A stretch of 63,832 nucleotides of DNA, counting the filler, from Octopus bimaculoides (lineage: Eukaryota): NCBI RefSeq assembly GCF_001194135.2. It is 7 parts of 7 records of this genome, joined end to end, with 100 filler letters (N's around TTAATTAATTAA, not from the genome) between each part and the next. Parts side by side here need not be neighbours in the genome. Positions count along the whole stretch, not along the records: positions 1 to 17,056 come from NC_068985.1; positions 17,157 to 26,935 come from NW_026349423.1; 5 more parts are not named here. One strand, written 5' to 3'. The number at the start of each line of letters is the position of its first letter. The stretch's first letter is position 1. This document shows, one piece after another, positions 14,620 through 25,895 of this stretch. Under the pieces are notes generated by a model. The model saw only the letters and a list, made by a program, of their open reading frames with translations. It searched no databases and was not told the DNA's origin. Made by a program: the position numbers and the translations under genes.

Positions 14620-14847
14620 TATTTCTTTATTGCTCACAAGGGCCTACACACAGAGGGGACAAACAAGGACAGGCAAACGGATTAAGTCGATTATATCGAC
14701 CCCAGTGCGTAACTGGTACTTATTTAATCGACCCCGAAAGGATGAAAGGCAAAGTCAACCTCGGCGGAATTTGAACTCAGACCGTAGCGGCAGACGAAAT
14801 ACTGCTAAGCATTTCGCCCGGCGTGCTAACGTTTCTGCCAGCTCGCC
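14620..14847 (-). mobile_element. tRNA-derived SINE, family B, near full length
   Basis: Minus strand: GGCGAGCTGGCAGAAACGTTAGC...GAGTTCAAATTCC...GACTTTGCCTTTCATCCTTTCGGGGTCGAT...AGTACCAG. Many copies in the window. Confidence 0.85.
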
Positions 14848-14970
14848 TACGTATATACACACTGTTACCCGAAACCCCTCAGCGTTTTGCTTTCAGTACG
14901 CGTGCCATTAATTCGTATAATAGCGAAACTAGGAGTATAAGATGTATGGTAAAATAGAATATTCAGCAAT

Positions 14971-15014
<44 letters not shown>

Positions 15015-16686
15015 NNNNNNNNNNTTCATGCAACTCCATTTAATCGAACACTGTAATCATTACATCAATTTAAAATGCAGAACAATCCTCAGCTGCACAA
15101 AGACATAGAACTTAATTACATTAGAACAGATGGACACATTAGTATAATTATGCCTAAAATCTTCAAGAAGTTAAGGAAATAGACACAGGACATGTTGCTT
15201 CTACTGTGACATAGAAGTTAATAAATAAATTGTCAAGAAGACTCTGCCTCTCACTGATTTTATTTGTTTTTTATGGGGTCAGTTTTAATTTGTAGACTAG
15301 TTTATCAAAACTTGTATATCTAAGGCTAAGAGAATAAAGGGCCTTATCTGTTAGGGGTATGGCTGAGAGAGCAGACAGAAATCATAGTTGGTATGGTCAT
15401 AAAAATCATGAGGTTTGGTAAAGGAAAACTGAAAGCAAGATGTTGGCTGACAACTAAGGGGGGGAGGGGGGTCATCCACTAGCAGACCATTGATAATGAA
15501 ACAAGGAAAGTATTATCATGTAGTACTCTAGTTAAAACTTTTAAAACAATGTTGTTATATTGTATACAGATAAAGTTTATGGCTATTCAGAGGGTTATTA
15601 AGAATAATATATTAAGAGAAGGATATATATTTATGGATACTTTTGAGTATATACCAAACTTTTACCACAATAGAGGGAGGAAAAGAAATTATTCAGAAAT
15701 AGTTTAATATTTATACATATTGTACACTTAAATACTAACTCATCATATGGTATCTATGAATATTGATTAATAGGTATATACTGGTATTAATAAAGGAGTA
15801 TTGAGGTAAAAGAATAAAAATTATATTCTAAGCAGTTTTTTTTATATGTAGTGAATATAGCTGTATAGTTTTATATAAGCTAAGTATGAATTTATAGAGA
15901 TACAAAGATTAGCTTAATTTTTTAATGAATAAATAACGGCTAATTATAAATTAATAAAGAAATGAAATAAAATAATCAATTAGGGCAGAATACTATACAA
16001 ATAAAATAGCTTAATTACTAACGCTATGGTAAAGTATATTTAGCTTATTAACACCAATAGAGAAGATTTATAGAAAAAGTATAATTCAAAATATATTGGA
16101 CTAAAAATTATACATTTACTTATTTAGCTAATATCAATAAAAGACTGATGTCTGGTATCAGTTAAAGGAATATTTAAATTATGGAACATTCAAATTTTAC
16201 ACTAATCTTTCTATATATAAACTGACGGATTATATTATAGGTTTAAGAAGTTATTATTGTTACTCCTTACATGATATTTATAGTTTCTTGGTGGTACTTG
16301 TTTAGAAGGGTTATTTATATAAAGGCCGATAAATCAAGTAATCTCTAAAGATCATTTCAAACAATATTGTCTTATTGTACAAAGTTAAAATTCAGGGTTA
16401 TCAAGAAGATTATTAAGAATGAAATTTTAACAAAAGGATAAAATTTCTATGAATATTATGAGTATGTACCAAAATATTTTTACCACAATAGAGGGAGGAA
16501 AAGAAAGTCGCAAAGAAAATAGTTTAATATTAATGTACTTATTACCTATCTAAATATTAATTTATTATATGGTTTCTATAAAGATTGATCAAGTGGATTT
16601 ACCTGGTATTTAATAATATACATATATATAATATATATGCATATACATATACATATATAAATATTTATATATATATATATATATTT

Positions 16687-16720
<34 letters not shown>

Positions 16721-16723
16721 GGG

Positions 16724-17056
16724 TCCTGAAGCAGCTACTTCACCATTCAAATGTTGATGTGATATATCTCGACTTTGCAAAAGCCCTTGACAAAGTTGAT
16801 CATGGCTTGATGTGTCACAAGCTGCGAAACCTTGGCATAGCTGGTAAATTAGGAGAGTGGCTGCATGACTTCCTGAATGGTAGAAGTCAGACAGTTGCAG
16901 CCAATGGAGAACTATCTAGGGAAACACAAATATTGAGCGGTGTTCCACAAGGAACTGTTCTGGGGACACTACTGTTCATAGTGGCCCTTCTGGACATGCC
17001 CACGGTCACTCGGAGAGCCACTGTCACTAGCTATGCTGATGACACAAAGATATCTC
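16724..17056 (+). mobile_element. CR1/L2-group LINE reverse transcriptase fragment
   Basis: VDVIYLDFAKALDKVDH...SGVPQGTVLGTLLF...YADDTKI covers RT subdomains 3-5. Truncated by a gap. Confidence 0.92.
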
Positions 17057-17156
17057 NNNNNNNNNNNNNNNNNNNNNNNNNNNNNNNNNNNNNNNNNNNN
17101 TTAATTAATTAANNNNNNNNNNNNNNNNNNNNNNNNNNNNNNNNNNNNNNNNNNNN
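17057..17156. other. artificial 100-bp scaffold linker N44-TTAATTAATTAA-N44 (first of six)
   Basis: Identical 12-mer at 17101, 26980, 36057, 43859, 54691 and 59373, each embedded in Ns. Confidence 0.95.
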
Positions 17157-18900
17157 TAATGACAGATACTAAAACTACATACAAAATTACTTTGCCCCTC
17201 TAAAATGAACTATTTCTATTCCTCTTACAAATCGTTTCAATTGCTGCTTTATCTTATGAATGTTTACGAACGATCCAAGAAAAAAGACAGACATGAAGGA
17301 AAAAGAGTGAGAGTCAAATAAACAGACACACTACCAATCATACGTAAATGCACACATATATATGTTCCTATGGCTACCAATGACCTCATTCTAATTGGCG
17401 GGAATTGTAAGTTTACTTTCCATTTCTAACTCTGTCTTTCACCAGCGAGACATCTTTTTCAAATACGATCCACAAACATTTATTCCCTACAAACTGTGAG
17501 TTTTTTTGAAAATCTTTTCGTAAATCTTGAGATTAACATCCGCACCATTACCTACCTAACCCTAACCCAAACACTGTAGTAAAAATCGTGCGGGTGTTAA
17601 TCTGAAAATTTACCAATCTTTTTATACACACTGATACATACATACGTACAAATACACACATACATACAAATAAACATATACATACAATTACCGGTCAGCC
17701 TTTTCCAAATACGATCGACAATCAAACATTTACTTACTACCATATATATATATACAGAGAGAGAAAACACATTAATACACACATACATACAAATACCTGT
17801 CATTTTCTTTTATTTATTTGCTATTTCTTATCACCCTTTCTAAATACCATCACTTTGGTCACAGCGTCATTTATATACACACTCACGATATATATATACA
17901 GAGAGAGAAAACACATTAATACACACATACATACAAATACCTGTCATTTTCTTTTATTTATTTGCTGTTTCTTATCACCCTTTCTAAATACCATCACTTT
18001 GGTCACAGCGTCATTTTTATACACACTCATACATATGTACAAATACACACATAACATACAAATAAACACATACATACAAAATACTGGTCAGCCTCTTCCA
18101 AATTGGATTAAAGAATCGGAATTAAATCGTTTCAATTGCTACTTTCTCTTATGAACGTTTACGAACGATCCAAGAAAAAAGACAGAAACGAAGGAAAAAG
18201 AGTGAGAGTCAAATATTTTCCCCTGTAACACAATGTCATTTCCTCATTCTGTAACAACTTTCACTTTTTATTCCGCACATGAAATGCCACCTATACACTT
18301 ACATACAAATACACAGATACATGCAAATACCTGTCACTTATGTACCTATGGTTACCAATGACCTCATTATCATTGGCCCGAATTCTAACTTCACTTCTCA
18401 TTCCTAACACCGTCCTTTGCCAACATAACAACAAAAATCCATAAAAATACATACAACAAAATATTAACACAGAAATGAAGGAGAAACACTGAGAGTAAAA
18501 TAAACAAACACACTGCCAATCCTACGTAAATACAAGTAACTTTCACTTTAAACTGTGAGTTTCTTCAAAATCTTTCTTCAAACACAATTACTTTATACCA
18601 TGTAACTTTAACATTCGCAGTCAAACATTTATTCAATACAAACTGTCCATACAAACTGAGTTTCTTGAATTTCATTTTAAATGCTAATTTCTATTATGAA
18701 CTTTTACAAACGATCTAACAAAATATGAAACAAGAAAGCAAGCAGAAACACTAGGAAAACAGTCAAACTGTGAGGTTTTTGAAATTCTTTTTTAAAACAC
18801 ATTTAATCACATACATACAAACACCTGTCTATTTATTTATTGGCCGTTTCTTATCACCCTTTCCCACTTCAATTTCACGCATACTTTCCTACACACTTTC
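17157..18900. repeat. mosaic of direct repeats immediately upstream of the Helitron ORF
   Basis: 17746-17880 is approximately 17890-18030. Blocks such as tttacgaacgatccaagaaaaaagacag and aaatacctgtca recur several times. Confidence 0.7.
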
Positions 18901-18939
18901 TCTCTACAAGTAACTTTCATCCTTTCTTTGGCACATAAA

Positions 18940-21900
18940 ATGCCACCAAAAAAGAGAAGGCGCCTCAGTTGCCATACCGCCTCAGCACTGGCACTAAGGG
19001 CGATTAGTAGAGCAAACGAGTCCTCAGAGCAAACTGCTTCTAGACTTTCACACGCCGCCTTATGTTCAGCGAAATGCCAAGCTGCTGAAAGTTTGCAACA
19101 ACGCACCCTACACCTAGCCAAAATGGCTTCATACACTGCTACTTCCAGGGCTACAGAGGGCCCGGAAAAAAACGGCGACTCGCCTGGCTACAAACACTGC
19201 TGCTTCCAGGGCTTCGGAGGGCCAGCAACAAATGACCAATCGACTGACTAAAAACGCTGCGGCTACTGCTGCTTCAAGGTCTTCCAAAAGTTTGGAACAA
19301 CGGGCGACTCGCCTTGCTACGAACGCTGCCGCTATCACTGCTTCCATGGCTTCTGAAGATGCAGGTGGCCGCTCCATTACCATTGCAAATGTCGCTTCTG
19401 CTACTGCTACTGCACCTTCCTACGACCAAAGTTCTACATTGCAGCGGAACAGTCAACAGCGAGATCCTGCCTACAGTGTGACGACTCCCAACAGCACTTA
19501 CTGGCACCTACGCGCTTTCAACTATGAGCCAAACTTTCATTACTCCAGCCGCGCTGACATAAATATTAGAGAAATGTGCTTCAATTGCCAATTCTGCAAT
19601 GCTAAAAAGTGGGCTGCTGAGCCACCTGGAATGTGCTGCTTAAACGGTAAGGTCAGCTTGCCCCCTTTTCCCCAACCGCCACAGCCTTTGAAGGAACTAC
19701 TTACTGGTTCTACCTCAAGTTCATCCAAATTCCTTCAAATCATCAGGAATTACAATTGTGCGTTTCAGATGACTTCTTTCGGGGCTAATGTTGTCACAGA
19801 CAGTGGTTGGATGCCTACTTTCAAGGTCCAGGGACAGGTGTACCATCTCATTGAGTCGCTCCAGCCACTACCAAATTGCAAGCCGTCATTCCTCCAAATT
19901 TATTTCATTTCAAATTACAGTAGGCAACTTGATGTGCGATTTGGCGTTATTCCACCACCTGCGAACACTGGTGCTGACACTTTTGACAGGGATGTGATGC
20001 TCAGTCTGTAAAACATGCTTCATCAGCACAACAGCTATATTCGCAGCTTCAAATATGCCTTACAAACAGCAAAATTCATCATTGTCATCGATGCTGATAA
20101 AAGACCTTCTGGGGAGCACACCTGCCGTTATAACGCTCCTTCGTGCAATGAAGTCGCTGTACTTCTCCATGGTAAACAGCACAATAAACGAGACATAGTT
20201 ATTCATAGCCGTGACAGTGGTCTCCAATGTATTACTGAGACACATCGTTCATNNNNNNNNNNNNNNNNNNNNNNNNNNNNNNNNNNNNNNNNNNNNNNNN
20301 NNNNNNNNNNNNNNNNNNNNNNNNNNNNNNNNNNNNNNNNNNNNNNNNNNNNNNNNNNNNNNNNNNNNNNNNNNNNNNNNNNNNNNNNNNNNNNNNNNNN
20401 NNNNNNNNNNNNNNNNNNNNNNNNNNNNNNNNNNNNNNNNNNNNNNNNNNNNNNNNNNNNNNNNNNNNNNNNNNNNNNNNNNNNNNNNNNNNNNNNNNNN
20501 NNNNNNNNNNNNNNNNNNNNNNNNNNNNNNNNNNNNNNNNNNNNNNNNNNNNNNNNNNNNNNNNNNNNNNNNNNNNNNNNNNNNNNNNNNNNNNNNNNNN
20601 NNNNNNNNNNNNNNNNNNNNNNNNNNCTATATAGGGGGGCCATGGTAAATGCACGAGCGAACACAAGACGCTATGACTTTCGTTCGGCACTATGGACGCC
20701 CCGATTTATTCATCACGTTTACATGTAACCCAAAGTGGGTTGAGGTAATGCGGGAACTTCTCCCACACCAACAGTACTGCCATCGGCATGATCTTATTGC
20801 TAGGGTTTTCAAGCAGAAGCTGACTAGGCTAATTGATTTAATCAAAAAAGGGCAGGTTTTTGGCCCTGTTAAGTGTCACATGTATACTGTTGAGTGGCAG
20901 AAGAGAGGGTTGCCACACGCACACATTTTGGTTTGGTTGGTCACCAAAATAGACCCTACACTTATAGATGACATCATCACAGCAGAAATCCCTAACCCCA
21001 CTGTTGATCAACAGCTGTACGACATTGTCAAGGCACACATAGTGCATGGTCCTGCAGTCCAGGTTTTCAAAAATTCTCCTCATGCCACAAAGACCATGTG
21101 TGCACTAAACAATACCCAAAGAGTTTCGTGGACAAGACCCAGACCGCTGGTGATGGATATCTACTGTACAGACGAAGGCGGCCTGAGAATGGGGGATTCA
21201 CTATAACCTTACGGGGTCATCAAGTTGATAATAGATGGGTGGTCCCATACTGTCTATTACTGATGAAAATTTTCAACGCTCATATAAATGTGGAGTTCTG
21301 TCATTCAGTAAAATCAATTAAGTACATATGTAAGTATGTTAACAAGGGTTTGGACGCTGCCATGTTCGGCCTTCAAAAGGACAATAGCATGGATGAGGTG
21401 TCGCAGTACTTGGCCGGTCGATATATCAGCAGTGGTGAAGCTTTTTGGCGGATATTCGGGTTTCCGCTTCACCAAAGGAACCCCACCATCATACAACTAG
21501 CAGTTCATTTGGAAAACGGTCAGTGGACTTATTTTACTGAACAGACTGCTGCTCAGTTGGCAGCCAATCCAAAAGAAACAACTTTGACTGGTTTTTTTTT
21601 AGGCTTTGCCAAATTGACACATTTGCCAAAACACTTTTATACCCTCAGGTTCCCTCCTACTATGTGTGGTCAAAGAATACTTGGATGCGTAGGAAGTCAG
21701 GTCAGGATGTTCAAGGACATCCCGGTGTCAAGTTTAACAGTTGTCTAGGAAGAGTGTACACTACATCCCAACCAGCATGAGTGTTTTCACCTTCACCTTC
21801 TCCTTCATGACGTTGTCAGCCCACAAAGCTTTTGAGACATAAGAACTGTTGACGGTGAATTATGTGACACGTTCCGCAAAGCCTGCTTCAGGCGTGGACT

Positions 21901-22153
21901 TTTGGAGGACGATTCACAATGGGCTGCCACTATGGCGGAGGGCGTTTTCTTAAAATCCCCTAAAAGACTAAGATCGCTTTTCGCTATTCTACTCCTATGG
22001 TGCGACTTGGGTGATCCCGCCTCTTTATGGCTGACCTACAAAAATTACATGTCTGAAGATTTCCTGCATCAGGTTCACTTGCTAAATTCATCAATCGACG
22101 TCGAGTACAGTGACTTCATTTACAACAGAGTGCTGCTTGAAATCGAAGATACT
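18940..22153 (+). mobile_element. Helitron RepHel gene (Rep/HUH part), frameshifted, truncated at a gap
   Basis: ATG 18940 MPPKKRRR. Motifs CQFCNAKKW..EPPGMCCLNGKV, YNCAFQMTSFG, FKVQGQVYH, PDLFITFTCNPKW, YTVEWQKRGLPHAHIL (HUH), VDNRWVVPY, AHINVEFC, KYICKYVNKG (Y2) and GLLEDD.QW. The PIF1 helicase half is not seen. Confidence 0.95.
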
Positions 22154-22203
22154 NNNNNNNNNNATATATATATATATATATGCATATACTCATATATTAT
22201 TAG

Positions 22204-22238
<35 letters not shown>

Positions 22239-22291
22239 ATAGAAAGGACAACAAAAGAAAGAGACCTCCATATTATGTAAATAGAGGAATT

Positions 22292-22593
22292 TATCTGTAA
22301 AAATATGTGACACTTATTTGGTAGCCATGATAAAACTCTGAGTTTCGGATACTGGGGTGGGAACCCACGCCAACATCTCTTCAGTTATCCAGCCATTGAA
22401 AATTCCTGTGAAAAATGACCCTCCAAAAATTTCTTAGGGTATAGTTCCCTTGATGGTATCAGTATGGTCATTTTTCACAGGAATTTTCAATGGCTGGATA
22501 ACTGAGGAGATGTTGGCGTGGGTTCCCACTCCGGCATCCGAAACTCGGAGTTTTTTTCATAGCTACCGAATAAGTGTCACATATTTTTACAGA

Positions 22594-22595
<2 letters not shown>
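22292..22595. mobile_element. palindromic foldback MITE (~130-bp arms, 45-bp loop)
   Basis: 22292-22420 is the near-perfect reverse complement of 22466-22595 (ends TATCTGTAAAAATATGTGACACTTATT / AATAAGTGTCACATATTTTTACAGATA). Confidence 0.85.
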
Positions 22596-22632
<37 letters not shown>

Positions 22633-23933
22633 TTATCTCTCTCTCTATCTATCTATCTATCTATCTATATATATATATATATATATATAAATAATAATAA
22701 AGGAGTTACGACGCAAAAAACGTATAAATTCAAAAGAACATATTTATCTTCTTCAATATATATTTCAGTATAAAGAATTCATTAAGATGCTTAAATCAAA
22801 ATTTCTTTACACATCATTCAGGAACAGATATAACATCAGAAAAAATACATTCCGTTTAAAAACACAAACCGTTCATGGCGAANNNNNNNNNNNNNNNNNN
22901 NNNNNNNNNNNNNNNNNNNNNNNNNNNNNNNNNNNNNNNNNNNNNNNNNNNNNNNNNNNNNNNNNNNNNNNNNNNNNNNNNNNNNNNNNNNNNNNNNNNN
23001 NNNNNNNNNNNNNNNNNNNNNNNNNNNNNNNNNNNNNNNNNNNNNNNNNNNNNNNNNNNNNNNNNNNNNNNNNNNNNNNNNNNNNNNNNNNNNNNNNNNN
23101 NNNNNNNNNNNNNNNNNNNNNNNNNNNNNNNNNNNNNNNNNNNNNNNNNNNNNNNNNNNNNNNNNNNNNNNNNNNNNNNNNNNNNNNNNNNNNNNNNNNN
23201 NNNNNNNNNNNNNNNNNNNNNNNNNNNNNNNNNNNNNNNNNNNNNNNNNNNNNNNNNNNNNNNNNNNNNNNNNNNNNNNNNNNNNNNNNNNNNNNNNNNN
23301 NNNNNNNNNNNNNNNNNNNNNNNNNNNNNNNNNNNNNNNNNNNNNNNNNNNNNNNNNNNNNNNNNNNNNNNNNNNNNNNNNNNNNNNNNNNNNNNNNNNN
23401 NNNNNNNNNNNNNNNNNNNNNNNNNNNNNNNNNNNNNNNNNNNNNNNNNNNNNNNNNNNNNNNNNNNNNNNNNNNNNNNNNNNNNNNNNNNNNNNNNNNN
23501 NNNNNNNNNNNNNNNNNNNNNNNNNNNNNNNNNNNNNNNNNNNNNNNNNNNNNNNNNNNNNNNNNNNNNNNNNNNNNNNNNNNNNNNNNNNNNNNNNNNN
23601 NNNNNNNNNNNNNNNNNNNNNNNNNNNNNNNNNNNNNNNNNNNNNNNNNNNNNNNNNNNNNNNNNNNNNNNNNNNNNNNNNNNNNNNNNNNNNNNAACAA
23701 GGATGGAAAAAAACGTGCATATATAAGTATATATATGTATATATGTTTTTATGTATGTATATACATATATGTAGATATATATATGTATGTTTATATGTAT
23801 ATATTTATATGTATATATATATATATATATATACATATGTGTATAAGTTTATGTATGTGTGTATATATATGTATATGTAAATGCGTATATATATTTATAC
23901 ATATATGTACATACACATATAATTGTATATATC

Positions 23934-23966
<33 letters not shown>

Positions 23967-23968
<2 letters not shown>

Positions 23969-24027
23969 AAGTGGTGCTCCAGCATGGCCGCAGTCACATG
24001 ACTGAAACAAGTAAAAGTAAAAGAATA
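23967..24027 (+). mobile_element. SINE family A, 3' tail
   Basis: ggtgctccagcatggccgcagtcacatgactgaaacaagtaaaa. Confidence 0.7.
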
Positions 24028-24046
24028 TATATGTTTATAAATGTAA

Positions 24047-25621
24047 GGACTAGAATTGAAGGGCCTTTGAGTCAACCTGGCTAAAGCCAAAGTCCTTATA
24101 AGTAGGAAGGTAGACAAAACACAAACCCCTTCAGGTAGATGGCCCTGCTCGATCTGTAGAAAAGGCGTAGGTAGAAACTCTATGAGATGTACCCATTCTA
24201 AGCTATGGACACATAAGAGGTGCAGCAATATCAATGGAAGGCTAACTAGGAAGTTAGTTTTTGTATGTGGCAGATGTTCAGGAGCAATAAACACTGAAAA
24301 TGTGCAGAAAACAACTTCTGCCACATTCCAGGGAGAAAAACTAGACTTTGTTGATAGCTTCCACTATCTAGGTGACCAAGTTAGAAGAGGGGGAGGGTGT
24401 GCTGAAAGTGTAGCTGCTAGAATAAGAATAGCCTGGGCAAAGTTCAGAGAGCTCTTACCTTTGCTGGTGACAAAGGGCCTCTCACTCAGAGTAAAAGGCA
24501 GACTGTATGACGCATGTGTACGGACAGCCATGCTACATGGCAGTGAAACATGGGCCGTGACTGCTGAGAACATGCGTAAACTCGCAAGGAACGAAGCCAG
24601 TATGCTCTGATGGATGAGTAATGTCAGTGTGCATACTTGACAGAGTGTAAGCACATTGAGAGAAAAGTTGAACCTAAGAAGCATCAGTTGTGGTGTGCAA
24701 GAGAGATGATTGCGCTGGTATGGTCATGTGGCGAGAATGAATGAGGATAGCTGTGTGAAAAAGTACCACACCCTAGCGGTTGAGGGAACCTGTGGAAGAG
24801 GTAAACCCAGGAAGACCTCGGATAAGGTGGTGAAGCACAACCTTTGAACATTAGGCCTCACCGAGGCGATGACTTGTGGCTGAAACCTTTGGAAATATGC
24901 TGTGCGTGAAAAGACCCGGCAAGCAAAGTGAGACCAAAATCCAACGCCTCTGCCAGGGGTGTAGCCAGCCCACTTATGCGTACCTTTCCTTCATTGGACA
25001 CTAAACTCCGCTTGTGAAGACCTGTTGAGCCAAGTGAAATCGAAATTGAACTAAATTCGACAACTGGCATCCATGCCAACGTCTCCTTCATTGGACACTA
25101 AACTCGGCTTGCGAAGACCTATTGGGGCAAGTGAAAGCGAAATCGTGATGGCATCTGTACCAGTGGAGTGCTAATAGCACCGTCCGAGCATGATCGTTGC
25201 CAGAGCAGCTGTCTGGCATCCATGCCAGTGGTACGTAAATAGCAACATTTGAGTGTGACTGTTACCAGCGCCGCCTTACTGGCACTTGTGCCGGTGACAT
25301 GTGAAAAGACATTCGAGCGAGGTCGTTGCCAGTGCCACTGGAATGGCTCCTGCGCAGGTGGCATGTAAAATACACCATTTTGAGCCTGGCCATTACCAGT
25401 ACCGCCTGACTGACCTTCGTGCTGGTGGCACGTAAAAGCACCCACTACACTCTCAGAGTGGTTGGCGTTAGGAAGGGCATCCAACTGTAGAAACTCTGCC
25501 AAATCAGATTGGAGCCTGGTGTAGCCATGTGGTTCACCAGTCATCACTCAAATCGTCCAAGCCATGATAGCATGGAAAGCGGACGTTAAACAATGATGAT
25601 GATGATGATGATGATGATGAT
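24047..25621 (+). mobile_element. 5'-truncated RTE LINE: RT end with PHD-like insert, thumb domain, 3' UTR and (GAT)n tail
   Basis: GL*VNLAKAKVL...FHYLGDQV...RIRIAWAKFRELLP...MLHGSETW...LRWYGHVARM...GRGKPRKT. ORF ends near 24930, the UTR contains internal short repeats, and the tail is (GAT)n. Several in-frame stops. Confidence 0.92.
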
Positions 25622-25689
25622 AAATATATGCATATATACATACGTATATGTACCTACTTACATGTATATGTATATATACATGCATACAT

Positions 25690-25858
25690 GGGTACAGGAC
25701 ATCAAAAAAATGTGGACAAAATGAAAACAGAACATAAAAAAACATATAAAACAAACTTTTTTTCGAACAACGAAAGAAACAAACAGAGAAACGAGACAGG
25801 CAGCATAAAGAGCATTCCCTTCATCAGTTGTCCCCTGTTTTATCTACTCCGTGTTTTG

Positions 25859-25862
<4 letters not shown>
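25690..25862 (-). repeat. dispersed repeat, possibly a Penelope pseudo-LTR piece
   Basis: Minus strand carries CTGATGAAGG and a decayed TTC(G/A)AAAC motif. Related TTCGAAAC-bearing repeats occur near 30110 and 59555. Confidence 0.35.

Positions 25863-25895
<33 letters not shown>

Noticed and set aside
15016-16600. Mitochondrial insertion (NUMT)
   Set aside because: AT-rich, but I found no recognisable mitochondrial protein, rRNA or tRNA, and TAA stops are frequent in the frames I checked.
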